Shown here piece after piece: positions 29,264 through 32,000 of a stretch of DNA of 32,000 nt. The stretch is taken from positions 690,001-722,000 of the forward strand of contig CP002278.1 in assembly GCA_000166095.1 (NCBI GenBank), read 5' to 3'. Under the pieces are notes generated by a model, which saw nothing but the letters and a program-made list of their open reading frames with translations, was not told where the DNA came from and searched no databases. Within the stretch, counting starts at the first letter, position 1; each line of letters begins with the position of its first letter. Source of the stretch: Methanothermus fervidus DSM 2088 (GTDB taxonomy: Archaea > Methanobacteriota > Methanobacteria > DSM-2088 > Methanothermaceae). The position numbers were made by a program, and so were the translations under genes.

Positions 29264-29830
29264 TTATTCTAATTCTCCTTTTTCCCAATTAAATTTAACT
29301 AATGAATCAAATTTCGTTTGTTTTATAATCTCCTGGACTTCTTTTAAAGCTTCCTTATCTTCATGTGTTGTTGGAGGTATTTTACCAATGCCTACAGCAT
29401 CTCTTAATTTTTGTGTGGCTTCATCTATAGGAACAGCATGCCCTGTCTTTATAACATATGATGCAACAGCTCTATGACTGTCAGCCATATATCCTTCTTT
29501 AACAGCTTCATTTCTTGCCAATTTAATTGCATCCACAATTTTTACTCGCCTTGGACATCTTTCTTGACAAGTATAACAAGTTGTACACATCCAAAGTGCT
29601 GGATCTGCAAGTACTTCTTTCATCCCCATGTTTAATTTTCTTATAATTTGACGAACTTTGTAAGCTGTTCTTCTTCCTGAAGGACATGAACCAGTACATG
29701 TTCCACATTGGAAACAATATTCAACACTATCTGCACCAACTTCTTTTATTTTTTCTGCAAACTCTTTATCTATGCTATCTTCTCTTATAACTTCTTCTTC
29801 CCTTTTCTTCAATAATGTCATGATAATCAC
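29264..29830 (-). CDS. hdrC: CoB--CoM heterodisulfide reductase subunit C
   Basis: Two [4Fe-4S] motifs 'CFQCGTCTGSCPSG' and 'CTTCYTCQERCPRR'; directly upstream of hdrB. Confidence 0.94.
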   Translation of the reverse strand: MIIMTLLKKREEEVIREDSIDKEFAEKIKEVGADSVEYCFQCGTCTGSCPSGRRTAYKVRQIIRKLNMGMKEVLADPALWMCTTCYTCQERCPRRVKIVDAIKLARNEAVKEGYMADSHRAVASYVIKTGHAVPIDEATQKLRDAVGIGKIPPTTHEDKEALKEVQEIIKQTKFDSLVKFNWEKGELE

Positions 29831-29911
29831 CTATTAATGACTGATAAGCCTCAAAATATAAAGATTACTAAAAATTTTTTAGTGTACAAATTTAGGTTAT
29901 ACTAAATTTTA

Positions 29912-30121
29912 TTATAATTTTTTGATGATATCTAGTGGAACCTCAATTTTTTTAAGATTAGGTTTATAATTCTGGGCTATCCATGAGTTAACTATTGTGC
30001 AGAGAAACAATATATCATAGCCTTTTTTAACCTTTTTTAAAATTTCTTTTTCTAAACTTTCTCTATTCTCTATTTTTAATTCATAAACACTTTCAATAAC
30101 ATCTAATTCTTCTATTTTCAT
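29912..30121 (-). CDS. 69-aa hypothetical protein
   Basis: Open frame MKIEELDVIESVYELKIENRESLEKEILKKVKKGYDILFLCTIVNSWIAQNYKPNLKKIEVPLDIIKKL; start overlaps the upstream stop by 4 bp, consistent with translational coupling. Confidence 0.5.
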   Translation of the reverse strand: MKIEELDVIESVYELKIENRESLEKEILKKVKKGYDILFLCTIVNSWIAQNYKPNLKKIEVPLDIIKKL

Positions 30122-30549
30122 AATTTTATTTTCTTTTTTCCTGGTTTTGGTTTTAGAGAATATACTTCTTCTACATCGACCAATATTGCAGCTTGTGGTT
30201 TAATTTTTTCTCCAAACCTTTCTTTTACCATGCTTTTTACTTCATCAAAATATTTTCCTTCTTTTATTACTGAAGCAGATCCTTTCACAAGATATCCATC
30301 ATAGTAAATTGCTGAAGCTACAGCCACTTTTGAACCATTCTCTATATTTTCCAATGTTTTTTTAGCAAAATTTATAGAAATTAGTATTTTATTTTTATTT
30401 ATAACTTTAGAAAAGCAAATTGGAGCCAGATGTGGATTTCCCTCATTATCAGTAGTTGCAACCCATATTAAGGGTTTATTCTTATCACAATATTCATTAT
30501 TAAACATTTCTATAATTTTCTTTGATAACTTAACCATCTTTGTCACCAT
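30118..30549 (-). CDS. Pyridoxamine 5'-phosphate oxidase-like FMN-binding protein
   Basis: 'NKPLIWVATTDNEGNPHLAPICFSKVINKNKILISINFAKKTLENIENGSKVAVASAIYYDGYLVKGSASVI'. Confidence 0.82.
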   Translation of the reverse strand: MVTKMVKLSKKIIEMFNNEYCDKNKPLIWVATTDNEGNPHLAPICFSKVINKNKILISINFAKKTLENIENGSKVAVASAIYYDGYLVKGSASVIKEGKYFDEVKSMVKERFGEKIKPQAAILVDVEEVYSLKPKPGKKKIKL

Positions 30550-30626
30550 AATTAGTTTAATCTTTCTTTTTAATGAATTTTTTTAATATTTTAAAAGTAA
30601 AACATGATACTGCAATAATAAAAAAT

Positions 30627-31466
30627 TTAGAGATCTTTTTCAATTTCTAAACTAAGATCTAAAGCTGGAGCTGAATGTGTTATAAATCCTAATGAAATTA
30701 CATCTACACCTGTACGTGCATAATCCTGAACTGTGTTTGGTTTAATATTTCCGGAAGCCTCTAATATAACTTTATTTCTTAGATTTCTTTTCTTTAATTC
30801 ATTAATAACCATTTTAATTTCTTTTGGAGACATATTGTCTAAAAGAATTATATCTGCCCCTAGTTTGGCAGCTAAAATTGCATCATTTATGTTTTCAACT
30901 TCAACTTCTATTTTTTTTGTAAAACTTACTTTCTTCTTCAACATTTTCATTGCCTTCTCCAATCCCACCAAGGCTAAATGATTATCCTTTATCATTGCAC
31001 AATCATCCAACCTGAATCTATGAGTGTCACCACCACCTATTTTCACTGCTAATTTTTCTAACCATTGCATGCCCGGAGTTGTTTTTCTTGTACATGCAAC
31101 TATTACTTTTGGGTTTACACTTTTAACTTTATTGACAATTTTATTTGTAATGGTAGCAATGCCACTCATTCTCATCATTATATTTAACACGCTTCTTTCC
31201 AATGTTAGAATCTTGCGTGCATTTCCTTTAATACGCATCACACATTCATCTTTAGCAACTTTTTCACCGTCATCTTTATAAGTTATACATTCTAAATTAA
31301 AATCTTTGAAAATCTCTTCAGCTATCCTAACACCAGCTATTATTCCTTCCTCTCTTGCAAGTATTTTTGCGCTAGCTTTCATATTTTTCTTGATAATTGA
31401 ATTAGTTGTAATATCTTCGACACCAATATCTTCCATTATGTATTTCTTCAAATATTCAATCATCAT
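30627..31466 (-). CDS. nadC: Nicotinate-nucleotide pyrophosphorylase (carboxylating)
   Basis: 'ILAREEGIIAGVRIAEEIF', 'RSVLNIMMRMSGIAT', 'VIVACTRKTTPGMQWLEKLAVKIGGGDTHRFRLDDCAMIKDNH', 'ASGNIKPNTVQDYARTGVDVISLG'. Confidence 0.96.
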   Translation of the reverse strand: MMIEYLKKYIMEDIGVEDITTNSIIKKNMKASAKILAREEGIIAGVRIAEEIFKDFNLECITYKDDGEKVAKDECVMRIKGNARKILTLERSVLNIMMRMSGIATITNKIVNKVKSVNPKVIVACTRKTTPGMQWLEKLAVKIGGGDTHRFRLDDCAMIKDNHLALVGLEKAMKMLKKKVSFTKKIEVEVENINDAILAAKLGADIILLDNMSPKEIKMVINELKKRNLRNKVILEASGNIKPNTVQDYARTGVDVISLGFITHSAPALDLSLEIEKDL

Positions 31467-31502
31467 ATTTTAGAGATATTTTCATTGGAGGAGATATATA
31501 TG

Positions 31503-32000
31503 ATGGAAGTTGTATTTTTAGGAACATCATCTGCAGTACCTTCCAAATATAGGAATCATGCAAGTATAGCAATTAAAGGATTTGGAGAAATATTTTTATT
31601 TGATTGTGGGGAAGGTACTCAGAGGCAAATGGCAATAGCAAAAGTAAGTCCAATGAAAGTTAAAAGAATATTTATTTCACATTTACATGGAGACCATATT
31701 TTAGGCATTCCTGGTTTAATACAATCTATGGGCTTTAGAAATAGAAAGAAACCATTAACTATATATGGACCACCAGGTATTAAAGAAGTAAAGGAAGCAA
31801 TGATGAAACTTGGTGAATTTTCTATTGATTTTGACATTAATGTAAAGGAAATTAAAAATGAAGGAATAGTATTTGAAAATGAAAAATACAAAATAGAATG
31901 TATTAAAACAAAACATACTACTGAAAACTATTCCTATTCTATCGAAGAGAAAAAAAGACCACGGTTTTTAAGAGAGAAAGCAATAAAATTAGGAGTGAAA
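31503..32000 (+). CDS. rnz: Ribonuclease Z (tRNA 3'-processing endonuclease), 3' end outside the window
   Basis: Open frame to the window edge, not in the ORF track: 'MEVVFLGTSSAVPSKYRNHASIAIKGFGEIFLFDCGEGTQRQMAIAKVSPMKVKRIFISHLHGDHILGIPGLIQSMG'; preceded by GGAGGAG. Confidence 0.93.
   Translation, partial: MEVVFLGTSSAVPSKYRNHASIAIKGFGEIFLFDCGEGTQRQMAIAKVSPMKVKRIFISHLHGDHILGIPGLIQSMGFRNRKKPLTIYGPPGIKEVKEAMMKLGEFSIDFDINVKEIKNEGIVFENEKYKIECIKTKHTTENYSYSIEEKKRPRFLREKAIKLGVK

Noticed and set aside
1-32000. Defence system, prophage, transposon or CRISPR locus
   Set aside because: No nuclease/helicase cassettes, integrases, transposases, terminal repeats or spacer arrays seen; all sizeable ORFs have housekeeping or methanogenesis-type identities or isolated unknowns.

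Overview
The window is an AT-rich, densely coded euryarchaeal methanogen chromosome segment. Its Hmd, Flp, Mvh and MCR sequences most resemble Methanobacteriales; the low GC and gene content would fit a Methanothermus-like genome, but that taxonomic guess is inference. The centre (about 11.0-25.6 kb) is an energy-metabolism supercluster. On the minus strand lie hmd ([Fe]-hydrogenase), hcgG/hmdC (FeGP cofactor biosynthesis) and three flp-type genes (MvhD paralog, FdhB-like, truncated FdhA-like). Divergent to these on the plus strand are mvhDGAB ([NiFe]-hydrogenase plus a 12-cluster polyferredoxin) and an mcrC-less MCR operon of isoenzyme II type (mrtBDGA), followed by a CooT-like nickel-binding protein gene. 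The flanks carry DUF2070, NFACT/RqcH-like, Zn-ribbon/DUF2073/Era-like GTPase, UPF0173, translin-like, PIG-L deacetylase, HAD, MBF1, CrcB/DUF190, dcd, hisG, hdrCB, nadC and a 5'-partial view of rnz (running off the window). No CRISPR array, tRNA, rRNA, transposon or phage/defence module was recognised. The most interesting less-described items are: (i) a 39-aa small ORF with its own RBS, stem-loop-rich, overlapping the start of hmd (absent from the ORF track); (ii) a half-length FdhA-like subunit that keeps its FeS motif but has no Cys/Sec molybdenum ligand; (iii) a CooT-like protein next to MCR; (iv) an extracytoplasmic PIG-L deacetylase gene overlapping a translin gene. I found no convincing wholly new system.
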